DNA of 56,964 nucleotides, filler included, from Perkinsus olseni (Eukaryota): NCBI GenBank assembly GCA_013115125.1. It is 2 parts of 2 records of this genome, joined end to end, with 100 filler letters (N's around TTAATTAATTAA, not from the genome) between each part and the next. Parts side by side here need not be neighbours in the genome. Positions count along the whole stretch, not along the records: positions 1 to 28,480 come from JABANN010000447.1; 1 more part is not named here. One strand, 5' to 3'. Shown piece by piece: positions 1 to 13,202 of this stretch (position 1 is its first letter; each line of letters starts with the position of its first letter). The notes under the pieces were generated by a model. It saw only the letters and a program-made list of their open reading frames with translations, ran no database searches and was not told where the DNA came from. The position numbers and the translations under genes were made by a program.

Positions 1-102
1 CACCTCGGAGTTGGAGATAACGACCTCGAGCCACGGAACAGTCACGTTGTCCAGTGCAGCAGGGTTCTTCACGACGACACAGACATTGTTGGAGTTGGGG
101 TG
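1..102 (-). CDS. Partial exon of an unidentified gene running off the left edge, divergent from the next gene
   Basis: Minus strand reads ...tttctgaaAG then an open frame HPNSNNVCVVVKNPAALDNVTVPWLEVVISNSEV to the window edge. Product not recognised. Confidence 0.35.
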
Positions 103-246
103 CTTTCAGAAAGATTGAGGGTGGACTAAGAGATTTTCGGGGCGATCGCAGAAATTTTTTGGGCGCGCGCCGAACTTGCCGATGCGTCGTGTCGTAGTGT
201 TACTGTGTCTTGATGCACTACAGCCAGTTTTCTTTCTTTGACGTTC

Positions 247-3200
247 ATGCTGAGCCGTCGTTTTCTACCACAGTGCTCTCGCCTTCTGTCAGCCATCAAC
301 ACTACTGGGCGACATCGGACGACTTCAATTCAGCATGTACCCAAGCCCGGTCGATCTGCCTCTGGCGTGGCATTAGCCTTGAGCACTCTCTCGGTAGCCG
401 CTGCCACTGTACATAATCTTGCCCGGAAGGACGTATACTGTGACGAGAAAGAACGTGAGAAAGCGGCTTGTGGATGCGTTGTGCACTTGCTGGCCTCAAG
501 CTGCTTCCTCAATGGATGGACAACATAGTACATCCCTTGGTAGTCTCCACTGGGCCTCACCTGGGCTCCAATAGCGAGCCTAGGGCAGACCTTTTCGCGT
601 AGAGGACGTTATGAACTGAGAAGAGGTTTATTGAGCTCCCCGCCTGGTGAAACCCCTCCGGCAGTGGGTAGAACCTTGGAGGTGTTCAGTGAAGCAATTC
701 TTAAATCCAGAGTCGGTTCAGGAGTGAAAATCAATTCCAGAGTCGATGGTTAGTTGCAGAATTACCTTATTGACCCGGGCCTTATAGTCGCCGATCGTTC
801 TGGCCGCAGATATGTAGCCCCTGTTTTGAACGAACTTGACGGCTCCGGTTAGGAGCACGGTCCTGTTGGTTTTTAGACGAGTTCACAAAAGGAGGCGAGT
901 GGGTGAAACTGGGTGGGAATGACGAGTTTGAGAACGGGGAGATGTACGAGATGCAAGTGGGAGAGAACAGGAAAGTGGGGGAAGGCGAGTGGAACATGCG
1001 GGGATAGAACCCACGCTCTTTAGATTCTGATAACCAGGACGAAGGATGGCCGGTTGTACTGCACAGGAGCTCTTTGCAGCCATTACGGCTTCCCTCTCAA
1101 GAAGGGCATATTTCTCAACGACACCGTAGTGTGCCCTCTGGTACGTCGGCCGCTTCCGCGGTCTTCCACCGGTCACTCTTCAGCATGATGCCACTTTCGA
1201 CATTAAGACTGGCGAGCCGTTGCGTGGGCCGGGGTTGGACGCTATTCCCACTTACAAAAGTAAGTAGCTAACCTCTAGCTCGATCTATGGGCATTGAGCG
1301 GAGTATTTTTACCCGCGTTTTGAAGTCGGGACGTATGACAAGGCAGCAGGATGAGAATATCCTCTGGCTTATTCGCTATGGCCGCCGCCGCCGTTTGTAT
1401 CCCATGGGGGGCTGCGTCGTCTCAGTTGAGGTTAGAGAGGACGGAGTCTATGCTGACTTACCCAAAAGATCTGATCTCTGGATCGCCAAGGAAAATGTGC
1501 AGGGCATGGCCAAGCGAGATCCCGAGGACAAGAGGGGTAGTGGTAGCTTGGTAGCTCTCGCAGGACCTAATTCCCATGGAGAGTTTCTCAGTATATGTTA
1601 TAGTCGGGGGAGGTGCCGCAGCTGCCACCGCCGCTGAGAGCCTCAGGCAGAATGGATACACAGGCCGGATCATCATGGTAGGGCAACATGAGTAATATCA
1701 ATCTTGCGCGACCGTCATGTCTGCTCCACCTGGACGCTGGCGCTCCAATCTGCATCTTGGGCGCGTCTACGTTTTGCGGTGTTGGAGCTTGCTCTGTTGT
1801 CTAGATGACTCGTGAGAGACATCTGCCGTACGATCGGCCAGTCCTGTCCAAGAAGTTGGACGCTGCAGACGATCCGTCCAAGCTCTACCTACGTGACAGA
1901 GAGTTCTACGCTAAGTGGGGGAGGGGAGGGACCAGGATGCTGTGATGGGAGGGGTGGTCCCGTTGACAGGCATGATATCGAGGTGTGGACGGATACTCTG
2001 GTCACTAAGGTTGATGCAGAACATCGTATTGTGGAGATCCAACCGTCGGAGTCTCACAAGTGAGAAACTCGGACAAGCAGCAGTCTCTATAGTTCCCCCC
2101 TCGTCGACCCCCTCATGGTAGAGCATTGCCTCGCTCCTTCAGAAAGGGGCTGTTGGCATAGACGAAGTTTTCCTTATCTCAGCCACCCATCGGAGGTTAC
2201 CTATGATAAGTGCCTGTGGGCTGCGGGCTCCGACGCAAGGAAGGCCTACATTCCCGGGCTCAACGCTAAGTACGGCAGCCCTCATCCGTCTAACAATAAC
2301 GTCGTGCCTGGGGTAGGAACGTCTTCTGTTTGAGGACTCCTGATGATGCTCATGCCATAACCGAATACGCGGAGGCTGGCCAGAGGGTAGGGCTGCGTTG
2401 TACGCGACTAAATAGCGAGGCGTCATTACAGGTAGTCTTGGTCGGGTCGGGGTTCATCGGCATGGAGATGGCCAGCGCCCTGGTGAGCATGGGAGTGGAC
2501 GTCACTGTTGTGGGTAGGGTTCGAGTACCAGGCTTTAGTGGGAGGCCATGCTCCTAGTTAGGTCGCGAAACTGTGCCGTTCCAAAGAGTATTAGGAAAGA
2601 AGGTAGGGGCATACTTCGCCCACATGTTAGCGGAGAGGTGAGCGAAGGCAGGGCCGGGCGTTCGACCGGGACGCGTCCGCTGGAGAATGGGATAATCGAA
2701 CTCGCATCACTTTTACCGTCTGTGAGTTGACGTTGATGTAGGCACATACAGTTCATCGGAGGTACAACGGTGAAGTTGCTCAGATCTGAGGCGATGGAAC
2801 ATGGCTGTAGGTGTTCCTGCGGGGAATCGAACCCGGGACCTTTCCTCGATGATCTTCCATAAGATGGGCTATCCACTGTTGCATCTTCGGAAACCGTTGA
2901 AGGGTTTTCCTCGAGAAAATAAAGGTCCTCTCTGGCCATTCAAACTCATCAGCCGATCGAGGTTTCGTATCGCACAAGCCCGCCGCCGCCAGCCTCCTTA
3001 CCTGCGTCTGTGATACCACTGTCCTTCAGCCTACAGCGAGGATAGCCTCGTTAATGGAGTCGAGCTGGACGACGGTGACCTTCTCTTCGCGGATGCGGTC
3101 ATCATGGGCACCGGCGCAGTACCCAACACCTCGCAGCTCACCGGCGTCCAGCGGGCAGTAGGTCGTGCGATTGGAGACATCAGGTGGCTATAGGGAGCAA

Positions 3201-4149
3201 TTTTCAGGCTGATGGGTCGCTGCCGACCGATCCGTTTTTGGGCGTGCAGATGGCAGATGGTTCATTTAGTAACACACTCTATGCCGCCGGGGACGTGGCA
3301 AGATACCCGGATGTGCGCACAGGCAAGATTTCTTCTGTAAGTAGACTGCCAAGGTTATCGAAATTTAGGCGAGCCGCTGCGGGTTGAGCATTGGGACGTC
3401 GCATTGCAGATGGGCAGAATCGCGGGAGCGAACATGGCCGGGAAGTTTAGACCGTGAGTTTCGTGGCGCGCGACGTGAGGGGAGTGCATGCGTAGGTATA
3501 CGACGGTGCCCTATTTCTGGACCATGATATTCGGCAAGTCCTTGCGCTACGTGGGCAGCACAGGCGGGAAGGACGGGTCTAACTTTTTTGACAACGTCAT
3601 CATTGAGGGCGACTTTAAAGAGAGTCGTTTTGTGGCTTACTATTGTCGGGTAGTGGTATGAGGCGCACGATCTCTCCGCGACGGAGCGAAGCAGTTTTTG
3701 GTGTTTTTAGGGTGACCATATCCTGGCTGTAGCGACAGTAGGATCGGACCCTGTTGCCGTTGCCTGTGGAGAGCTGATGAAACGAGGAATGATGCCCCGT
3801 ACCAGCGAGCTCATGCTCGGCACCTGCAACGCTCAGGCCATTCTGGAGTAAGGAAGATAATAACCGCTGCTGCTCTTGCTACGGTCTAGCAGTAGCATGA
3901 TTCGACGCGTCTCGGGAATTGGCCTGACTCCGAACTCTGGAGTATTGCAGCTCATCGGATAGCAAGGCCCAGTTAGCGTACGGGAGTGGTCTTCGGGCAC
4001 TCGTTCCTGAGGACTTGCTCTTCGCTCGGAAGTTGTGACTCGGAGTGTTTGGAGTTGAGCCATGCCGCTGTGGCTGCAGGCGGGTGAAGAAGTTGGACGA
4101 AGTGACGAAACCGAGGAAGGTAACACCCAAGACGCCCAAGGCAGCATGA
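247..4149 (+). CDS. Rieske [2Fe-2S] plus FAD/NAD(P)H oxidoreductase (AIFM3 / ferredoxin reductase-like), multi-exon, probable mitochondrial presequence
   Basis: Spliced exons give MLSRRFLPQCSRLLS (presequence-like), Rieske motifs CSHYGFPLKKG and VCPL|HDATFDIKTG, FAD motif VIVGGGAAA, PYDRPVLSK, NAD motif VVLVGSGFIGMEMA, YAAGDVARYP, EHWDVALQMGR and VPYFWT. Last exon ends PKAA-TGA at 4149. Confidence 0.9.
2811..2845 (-). pseudogene. tRNA 3'-half fragment (Val-like) antisense at the start of an intron
   Basis: Reverse complement reads GAAAGGTCCCGGGTTCGATTCCCCGCAGGAACAC: variable loop, T-arm with B-box GTTCGATTC, and 3' acceptor strand. No 5' half. Confidence 0.7.
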
Positions 4150-4622
4150 AGATGTCATCGCAACTACCTGAACTTACCGCTTTTCAATGCTTTTTAGTGT
4201 TCAGTTCGTGTTGTGTTAAGGGTGCCTGTTCCGCGTGAGCTCTGCGTATTGTACGGAATCCTGGCCTCAATGATTCCATCTTGACCGCTGGGAGCCAGAG
4301 CTAACCTCGGCTGTTCGTCGGTGTATCACCGATGACTATTCTATCGTTGCCCCCGATGTTAAGCTTGTTTAGTGCATCGGCAGGCTGCACAGGCCCTGTA
4401 TGATATACTACTTAGGCTTGTGGCTTAGCAATAGATTCGATAGCAACACGCCGAGCCCGTTGCCATGCTGGGCATATCCGGTTTTCTCGCACTCAACCAA
4501 ACTCGGCAGTGTTGTCTCTCCTCTGTAGCGTGGTATGAAGGTGTGTGGCACTGCCTCGACACGCTGGTATCCCCTCTGTTCTCAGCATCATTTACCCTTA
4601 TATCATCGAAAGCTCCTTTCGA

Positions 4623-6036
4623 ATGTATCGTGCTCAAGTCCTTCGTCTAAGGTCTGGTGAAACATCTTCGTTTCCTCCTCCCACAACTGCCCCTCCTGAG
4701 AAACCAAGCAGTGCCTCGTCAGACAACTCTCCTCCTCCTCCTCCTCCTCCTCCTTCCAAACGACTCGGCTCATACGTACCGATGCGTGTACTCGCTGCAT
4801 CGGGACCGTACGTTCCCTCAGTATCCCTCGGCTCCTCGTAATCGCCACTGCCCGGGGAGCTACTGGGGAATAAAAGAAGACGGAGGTCAGGGTGAGTGGC
4901 TTCTGCCCAATGGCTTCTGCCCGAGGCTCATCCGAGCCCAATCCGATATCCGTGCCATACCGTATAGCTGGTTAATGGCGGATCTAAGTTGGTTATTCTC
5001 GTTTTATTTCGGCTTTCCTCGTCTCAGGCTCTCAGCCAGCAGCTCCAGTCACCCGTCACAGCAGGGCGAAGGCACTCTCTTCCGATTGCATACCCCTTCT
5101 CCGAGAGGTGAAGGTTCGGGAGTTCCCCCGGATCCTCGATAATGGTCATCTCTCGCAGGACGCCGAAGCGCGTAACGTCACGGCATCTCTAAGAGATATC
5201 TTGTCTTATACGTGAGGCTTGAAAGTAGGCGGAGCGAAGTTTTTACGTACCTCCGTATTAGGCACAATCAGCCGGATGGACACGTCTTCATAGTGAGGAG
5301 GATCCAACGGTTGGGATACGACTCACCCAACATTCTCTACAACTACTTCAAGAACGAGCTGGGCATGCAAATCCGTCGGGTCATGGTGAGGGCCTCTCCC
5401 ACTCCTCTGTCGTGCTGCTCGGCTGAACGGTCAGACAGGTGGTCGCTAGTACCGCGCCTGAGGCCTCGGATACCACTGCTGTGTGCAAGTCAGGAAGGGA
5501 ACGGAAGCGCCCCGCTAATATGGGCTTCGTCATAGCGGAAAGTAGGCAGGGAGAGAGGGCTGGCTTCTGACTAGAGCGATTAGCATCAAAGGGACTTATT
5601 CCGACTACCTTCATCGTTGATGAAATTGAAGACGTGCGAGGGCGACCATTCCGGAGCAAATCGACCGAGTCCGTCCCACCACTGCGAAGTTCTATCGAAT
5701 GACTTTGTATGGACAATTTCATGCTAGATTCCTATGAAGTCGATGCCATCATAGCCATCAACAGCATGGGAGGTGGGGCAATAGACGTGAAAGGTGATCG
5801 ATCACTCGGGCGCGCGCGGAGTGCCCAGGGTCATCCTAGGTGTCCCGATTGTGGTGGCACCATTTGTCAAGGAGCATGCTGGACTGATTGAGTCCAGTCC
5901 GGTGTCCTCTACTGTATCTCACACTGGCACTAGCACCGGTGTTGGTAGCAGCTGCGAGCACTACACTGACGCTTGTCTGGGTGGTATTGGCTTTGATTTT
6001 GACGAGTATGTGAGAGAGGCATTGGACCTACCATGA
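4623..6036 (+). CDS. Pro/Ser-rich N-terminus plus divergent RRM-like domain (type seen in dinoflagellate-lineage proteins), multi-exon
   Basis: Exons SLRDILSY | HNQPDGHVFIVRRIQRLGYDSPNILYNYFKNELGMQIRRVM | ...RRPANMGFVIAES give RNP2-like (VFIVRRI) and RNP1-like (MGFVI) segments. Start and end uncertain. Confidence 0.55.
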
Positions 6037-6638
6037 TGCTGCTTCTTGCAAAAAAATAATAAAACTAATTTGATAACAAGGCATCATTCTCAGCTGCTAA
6101 AGGATTAGTAGTGATAGTCGTTCAGGTCGGGATTAACCTCCGTACCTTTATTAGAGGTGAGTGTATCATTTATGATCATTATCATTGTCATCAAGCATTG
6201 TCTCCGATACTCATCGTGATGTATCTTACGCCCGTTTCTGGTGGCTTTATAGTAGCAGCAGCAGTAGTGATAATGATGATGAAGATGCTAGGTTGGATCA
6301 TCCAACTTGGATGCACATGTCAGTACCAACAACGGCAGCAGCTTCTTGCATGCGACTAGATTTCTCTCTTGCGTTCTAGTAAGGGGAGACCAATGCAAAG
6401 GGGACGTGAGTGAATTTCTTACGAAGGAATAAGTCAAGGAGGGTCAGGTCATGTTGGCGGTCAGTGGTGGTCGAGTAGTATGTGTTGTTCAATCGCCTTG
6501 TCGCCAGCGATGACAGGGATCAGTAATTTGGGATTCCTAGCCGGACTACACCTGTCGCCCTTCCGAACCTGCCCACCTGTGACATCCAGATAACCAGTAA
6601 TTGCATGCTTCTCGACTAGGGCTTGTCTCTCTGCTATC

Positions 6639-9600
6639 ATGGCTCCACCGTCGGCTGCAGTAGTGAGTGGGACCAGTGCCTCTGTGAATCTACAGGACAT
6701 CACCAAGCTCCTGGCTTCGCTGGATGCTCGCCCTACTGGTAATAGGAGCGCGAGGGAGGTGTTCGGCGCTGCTGGCACTTGCACTTTACCGACTCTGGGC
6801 GACGTATACGTTTCTATCCGCTATGACGTACTCTCTTCAATGGCGATTCGCATTCAACGGCGTCGATCGACTCCAAGCTGACGGTCCGCTCATACCGGCT
6901 TCTTCTTGTTTATTCGCGGCCGGCCCAGCTTATGCGTTATGGTTCCGAATCTCAGTGTCCAAGTTCGAGTCGGCCGTAACGAAGTATCCCTCGGCGGCGG
7001 TGTTCTGGATAAAGTATCTGGACTACATGTCGAAGACTGTGGGAGCTGATGCTAAGAGGAGGGCCACACTGTCACTGAGGGCCACTGAACATTGCCCTAT
7101 CGTAATAATAATAGGTCATCTTCGTAACTGCACTTTGGCCTTTTTCATGGCGTAGCAGCACTATAGTCTAACGTGAGGAAACGGTCTAGAATGGCGTGAT
7201 TGGGTGTATTGTCGGAGAGTGTGGTTTGAGAAAGGGTGGACCTTCTGAAGTTGGTTTGTGGTCAGGTCGCGATATGGGAGAGGCACTTAGCCAATGTGAA
7301 AGCAGCGGAGCCGCTCGCTCAGCTGTTACCAACGTACAGTGATGCCTTGCAGGCAGTTGGACAGGATAGGGACTCTGGTCGGCTGTGGATGGAATACGGG
7401 TAGTGGAGGGGCTCAGTCCCCGGCTGTTGGGATCTCCGTCCTGAATCCGTCCGGCCATTGCATTACGAAGGGGCTCATAAGAGTACGTCCTCATGCGATA
7501 TAGCAGGCCGGACTGAAGTACTCGGTTGTCAGTCGGGGAAGATGTGGTATGAGATAAGAATATTGGACAGCATTGTTGAATCCGGAAGGTACCTTCTGAA
7601 GATGCTCTACAATCACCAGCAGAAGAACGTCTTCGCCATGACAAGAGGAGACTCCAGCGAGGACGTCTCTGAAGAAAATGATAGGAAAGGTGATAATGGC
7701 GCACCAGTGATAGTCGGACGATCCTTATAGGAGATTCCCCGTTGGAGCTGCCTGTCCCTGATGAGCCACCGTCGGGTATATCATTGGCATTAGTCTCCGA
7801 GGCAAACCTAGAGCAGGTAGTAGTCGTGCGGGACCCTACTCGAGGCTTCGGACTTACAGGCTCTTTGAGAAACGACCGTTCCCTAGCGTAGCGTTGAAGG
7901 CACTTAAATATCGCATGCTTGGTAGTGTTTGAAAATTCACTTGCATTGAACTACATTCCCGCTACTTTATATGTAGAGGTCCAACCCCTGTTTGTCTCCG
8001 TATGTGGCGAGCTTCTCGTGTTACCCGGCCGAAGCCTCAGCAGGCTACTGTCTTCTTCGTATCAGGTATCGTTCCAGCCAAATATAGATCTCATCCGCCA
8101 GCACTACCAGGACGCTGTATCTACTCCATCTAATTTTATAGACCAGCTTTGGTAGTAAAGGCCGGGGGGCAGTCGGGAACTTTGACATAGCGGGAGACAT
8201 TCCACGAACAAGCGTGTTGCGTCCTTCTAGAAATGGAACTGGAACTTCTACAACTCAAGCTGTTGGGGTCAAATTGAAGTCTCGAGCGCGTGAGCATTGG
8301 GAAGCCGTTGTTTTGCAGAGTTGGATTACATGTTAGAGGCCTTTTAGGGACGAGTATCAAGAGTTTGAGCAAGCCATACACAACCATGAGCAAAAAGATG
8401 AAAAGAAGAAGCCTATCGCTGCGGGATGGGAGCAAGGTCACTATGGAGACGTAAGCCGAGGCTCGACAGAGGCTTACTGTACTGGCTGCTACTTGACTGT
8501 CAGGGAGTAGGGCCATCGCTGTGCTCGAGGCTGTTGACTGAGTATTCTAATCGCTACATGTCGTCCAAGCAAGTTTACAAGGAGCTGACTCGGCTGTATG
8601 GCCAGGTAAGGGTTCCCAGGATGGCTTTGTTGCTTGGGCCTGCTCATCAAAACTCACTTCGTGCGAACCCCGAGTGAAGACGAGCTCATTTGTGGCCGGC
8701 CTTGCGATCAGATCATCCCCTTGGCTGTGCCCGTTCCACTGACATCGGAATCGGCGAGGAAGCTGCGGCGAAACATCAAAGGCTGGCGTCAAGTCCTTCT
8801 GTATGAGAAATCCAATCCACTACAGGTTGGCAGTGCCACTGGCGATCTGTCCGAGTTCATCATCTCCCGTCCGTTCCTCAGCTCCCCCAGCCAGAATGCG
8901 CAGAGGCTCTTCGAGCGAGGGTGGACTTAGTGTTCCGGCAATGCCTGATGGGCAACGCGTACGAGGGATGTGATCATTCAATAGCTAGAGGTGTCAGAAT
9001 ATTGTTAGGTACGTGGCCGAGTTCTGGTACAACTACTTCGTGTGGCAGTATTCGTATCAGCTGCAGTCGCTGGTGAGACCGACGGAATCAGCTCCAGTCG
9101 AGACACTTCGAACGGCAATCAACGTACGTAGCACCGAAGGCATCATGGGAGAATTCGCTAAGGTTGTTGTCGTCTTTCTGTAGAAGTACCTCCCATATGA
9201 TGTCTGTCTTCGCCTTGTCTTGGCCATGGTGCTGGAGGAGGAGCAAAGCAACTACGGCATCCGGAAGACCGGTAAGGTCACCCACTAGCTCCAAGTCGCG
9301 AAGAGGTTTTCTGCTATGAGCTTCTTCCGCTAAAGTCTGGGCTTCCGGGCTTTTCCCTGAGGGTACACATCATCTCTCTCGAGCGGTTCTTTTCGTTCCT
9401 CTGATAATCGAGGAGGGAACTACGGTGGAGATCTGTCGATCGCTTAGATGACGCTGGCCGACCGATCGACGAAGCTGATCAGACCTACGCGGATCTCCTT
9501 TCCGTCTTCGACTCAATACAGCAGAGCTGCCCTACCGGCCTGGTGCACTACCTCAGGTAGGAAGCCCCGGAAGGCAGGCCGATATTTTCGTGGCGCAGTG

Positions 9601-12590
9601 ACGTTTCTCAGGTATAAGTGTCGGACGTATGGCATCGAGAAGTGCCGCGAGCTCTTTACGCAGCAATTGACGAGCAAGTCGCGACACATGAGCGCTGACG
9701 TCATAGTGGACATGGCAAGACTCGAATATCGAGTAAGTATCCAAGGTGGAAGCATGCTTAACTCGAGTTAGAACTCCTTTCGTGGGAGCCCAGTCATCGT
9801 CGTCTTTCGCAGGTCGTAAAGAACATAGCAGCAGCCGAGTATTTACTGAGGATGGCCCTGCAACGGTACCCGGAGAGACGGTCGATGCTCATACCACTCC
9901 TTGAGGACTTCGTAGCGGATGTACACGGAGTGGAAGCTCGGAATGAGCTGGCTGCCGAGCTCGGCGTATTCGACTCTAACTATTTCAACTGGTGAGGAAA
10001 GGCGTCCGTCAGCGCTAATCGTCGTAGTCGGCAGGGGATCAGTTGGCGACGTTCGTTGAGAGACGCGTTTTGGGAGTTGCCGTATCCCTTATGTGTTCTC
10101 AGGAGGATACTCCCAGCTCCGGCGCCATTCGACCATCGATCCTACTCGAGTTTCTTATCATCTATTCGCTTCCGAACGCTGGTGCCCGATGGCTATCCTC
10201 GCGGAGCGGCCGGCCAGAAAGAGTTAAAGGAGGTAGTAGATTACGACCATAATCCTTATCCGTGTGCAACGAGATTTTTGCACTGGAGAGGGGCAGCACC
10301 CTGGTCGCAGCTCGACGGGGCTGTGGCAACTCTGCACGGGATGGGGTTAGTGGGATACTTGGGCTCTGATTGGCGGTGTGGTTCTCAGCAAACGAAAGAT
10401 CTGACTGCAGAAGATGAGATTATCGACTTGGACGGGGGTGATGACGATGCCTCGTTTGTCGGTGGTAGGCTTGCACTCGCCGTGCTCGCGCGTGTTCAAC
10501 AGCAGGCCCTCACGCGTATTGCTGTTACCTGCAGATGACACCATGGGTGATGGACGTCCCAGTGCCAGCAAGCTCCTATCGCAGGGGATAAAGCGACCCG
10601 ACATGAGGCGTCTGCAGCCGGTCAAAGTATATGATCCAACGGCACATCATGGAATGCAGCAGAATGGTAGGGATCTCGGCGGTGGCCTGAAGGCCCAGGC
10701 TCCCGAGGCGTGCGTATAGGTCTCGCCAAGTGCGCACTTTCCACTAGCGGATTCGAATAATCTCCGTTAGTCTCCTGTCGGGAGGAATCTCAGAATAGCT
10801 CTGAACTGGAGCGGCTGAACATAGTATCCATCCAGTAGCTTTTTTTCGAGCAATCCGAAGTGTTCAAGATCGCCCTGTCTTGCCGACCTCGCAGCTGTGA
10901 GGTTGCGACAACTCGCTTCACAAGCCCACGGCGAAGAAAGCTCAGTAATTTGAGATCCCGATTGTTGCTCATTTTTAGAGGACGTGGGGCCGCCGCCAGG
11001 CGTGCCGGATCCGAACGACTTGGATCTTCGGGCGGAGGCTACGAAACCTGACCCCCCGGCCCCTACTATCGAGGACTCGGTTCGGATAGACACGCCGAAG
11101 CCCGTTCTGTAGGCCCGTCACCTCAGCGAAGTTTGGGAACTACTTCACGACGCGGTCCCGTGTTTCTCAGGGGGCTCCTAGATCTGATTCCCGAGAGCGC
11201 CCTGCCACAGCTGAAGACGGCAGAGGCCGCGGTGCAACAGGCCCAGTTCGACGCGATGCTACAGCGGACGGGTCAGCAGTTGGCCCAGGTCCCCCAGGTG
11301 AGTTCAACGCGACAATGAGGCGGGGGAATTATGGTATTTGTGTGATAATTGCTACTTGTGAATACGGGAAACAATCTGGAAGAGTGCCCAGGCGACCTAG
11401 AACTACTGTGAGCTGTGTCTGACACAACTGAGTCTGACACAGACACAGAACACAACTGAGAGGGAACAGCGGGAAGAAGTAATTCATACTTCGCAATAGT
11501 CCTTCGCGTAACCAGGGCTTAGCCCTTCGACTTTAGAATTTCGAATGATGACCTAGATGTAACGATGATGCTTTGTCCTCCGTGTGTAGGCTGGCACTGG
11601 TGGTGGCAGCTCCCAGCAAGCTACAGCGCAGCTGTTGGCAGCAGTCCAGGGTGCCGGGGTGAGCTCCGTCATATCTATCCTGGAGCAGCGAGATTGTGTC
11701 TTTGATAGGCCGTCGAGAGGACTATAACGGCATTGTCGTTGCCCGACGTGGAGCAGCAATTGCGGTACTTGCAAACACTGGAGTTGCCGAAAATCAACGT
11801 GGATAACTATCGAGAACTGCAGGCTGACAAGTGAGTGACGTCACCCCTGCACTTAGTGAAGGCAGTGGGATTAAAAATCCGACGGGCTAAGTCAAGGGAT
11901 GGGCAGAATTACTGTTCATCATCAGGTACATGTACGACAACCGAATGGAGCGGCTGACGAAGGGAACGAGTACGGGGAAGTCGGCAACGGCAACGCTCGC
12001 GGGTCTGCTTGATCTGAAGCGTTTAACTGGCAACGAGAGCGGACAGGACGAGGAGCTGCAAGGATTGACGTTGAAGAGGTAGTAGGACCGGATATTTGGT
12101 GACACGCGACCAATACCAGCCTAGAGGGTATAATGCTCTGGTCTGTTTCTTGCGCTCGCTGACGCAACAATCGGGCTGAGTAAACCATCAGGACTAATAC
12201 AATAACCCTGAATAACCCCGCCGCTCCTCATTCGCCCCGAGTCTAATAAACTGACGACAGCGTCGGCGTTGGAACTGGCACTTGCGACGGTGGCAATTGT
12301 CAGGTGGGCGTTCGATGGTAAAGAACAGAAGGACGAGGACGACGATGATGTGATAATCAAGGAAGATCAGGAAGCTCTATTAGCGAAGTCCTTCCTGTCG
12401 GCCATGCCGGACAACATACATCGGGAACGATTACAGTAATTCGAACTAAGGGCGGTGGTGCTGCTGCAGTCTATGGTGGTTTCAATGACTTGATCGTAGG
12501 TACAAACGTAAAAAGATGCTTCAGATGCTCAACCTAGGCATGCTGCAACCCCAACAGGGACAGCAGCAACAACAACACACGGTTGAATAG
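6639..12590 (+). CDS. CSTF3: Cleavage stimulation factor 77 kDa subunit (CstF-77 / Rna14 / Suf), HAT-repeat protein, many exons
   Basis: HAT-like exons FESAVTKYPSAAVFWIKYLDY, IRQHYQDAVSTPSNFIDQLW, WRQVLLYEKSNPL, RVDLVFRQCL|YVAEFWYNY; RPDMRRLQP segment; C-terminal PDNIHRERLQYKRKK resembling the DIYRxRQ-type end of CstF-77. Stop TAG at 12590. Confidence 0.8.
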
Positions 12591-13202
12591 TTTCATTCAT
12601 TCACAGTTTGAGTTGTGATGAGCCTCTAGTATCTAGTTTCCGGGTGATTTTGTAGTCTACTACAGCAAGAAAGCGGGGCAGATGGGGAAAAGCAGAGCGG
12701 TGTTGGAATCTCTGAGCCGCACGAGACACCCGAACACGCTGTTGACGCCGATAGTCTTCTGAGGAAACCACGGGTTGATAACCGAGTACGAAGGGCCACA
12801 CTCAAATGGCCAGGCTTCGTCAGGCAATATGATACATACTGCAAGAGGCATGCTACGTCTATCGGTGTAGCAGTTGTCTTCGATACCTCCGCACCTCCTG
12901 GTGAATTCGACCAAGTACTGGCACGTTGCCTTCTCACGAGAATGAACACTTTTGGACTCGATAGAGCCTACAGTGATTGGCCTGACCTGTTCCTTCCCCG
13001 AAGAGTGAACCATCCTAGAGACCAACCAACTGTGAACACAACACTCGAGTTTACTTATCCGGAGCAGAATCTTGAATCGAACAATCTAGTAGTGTCATCA
13101 AGGGTGGTGAAGTTGGCAGCTTCAGCGCGGCTTCTCATCGGAGCAACAGAAAGTTGGTGACATAATCACAGCAGAAATCTAATTTAACGTATTCCCGAGG
13201 GT

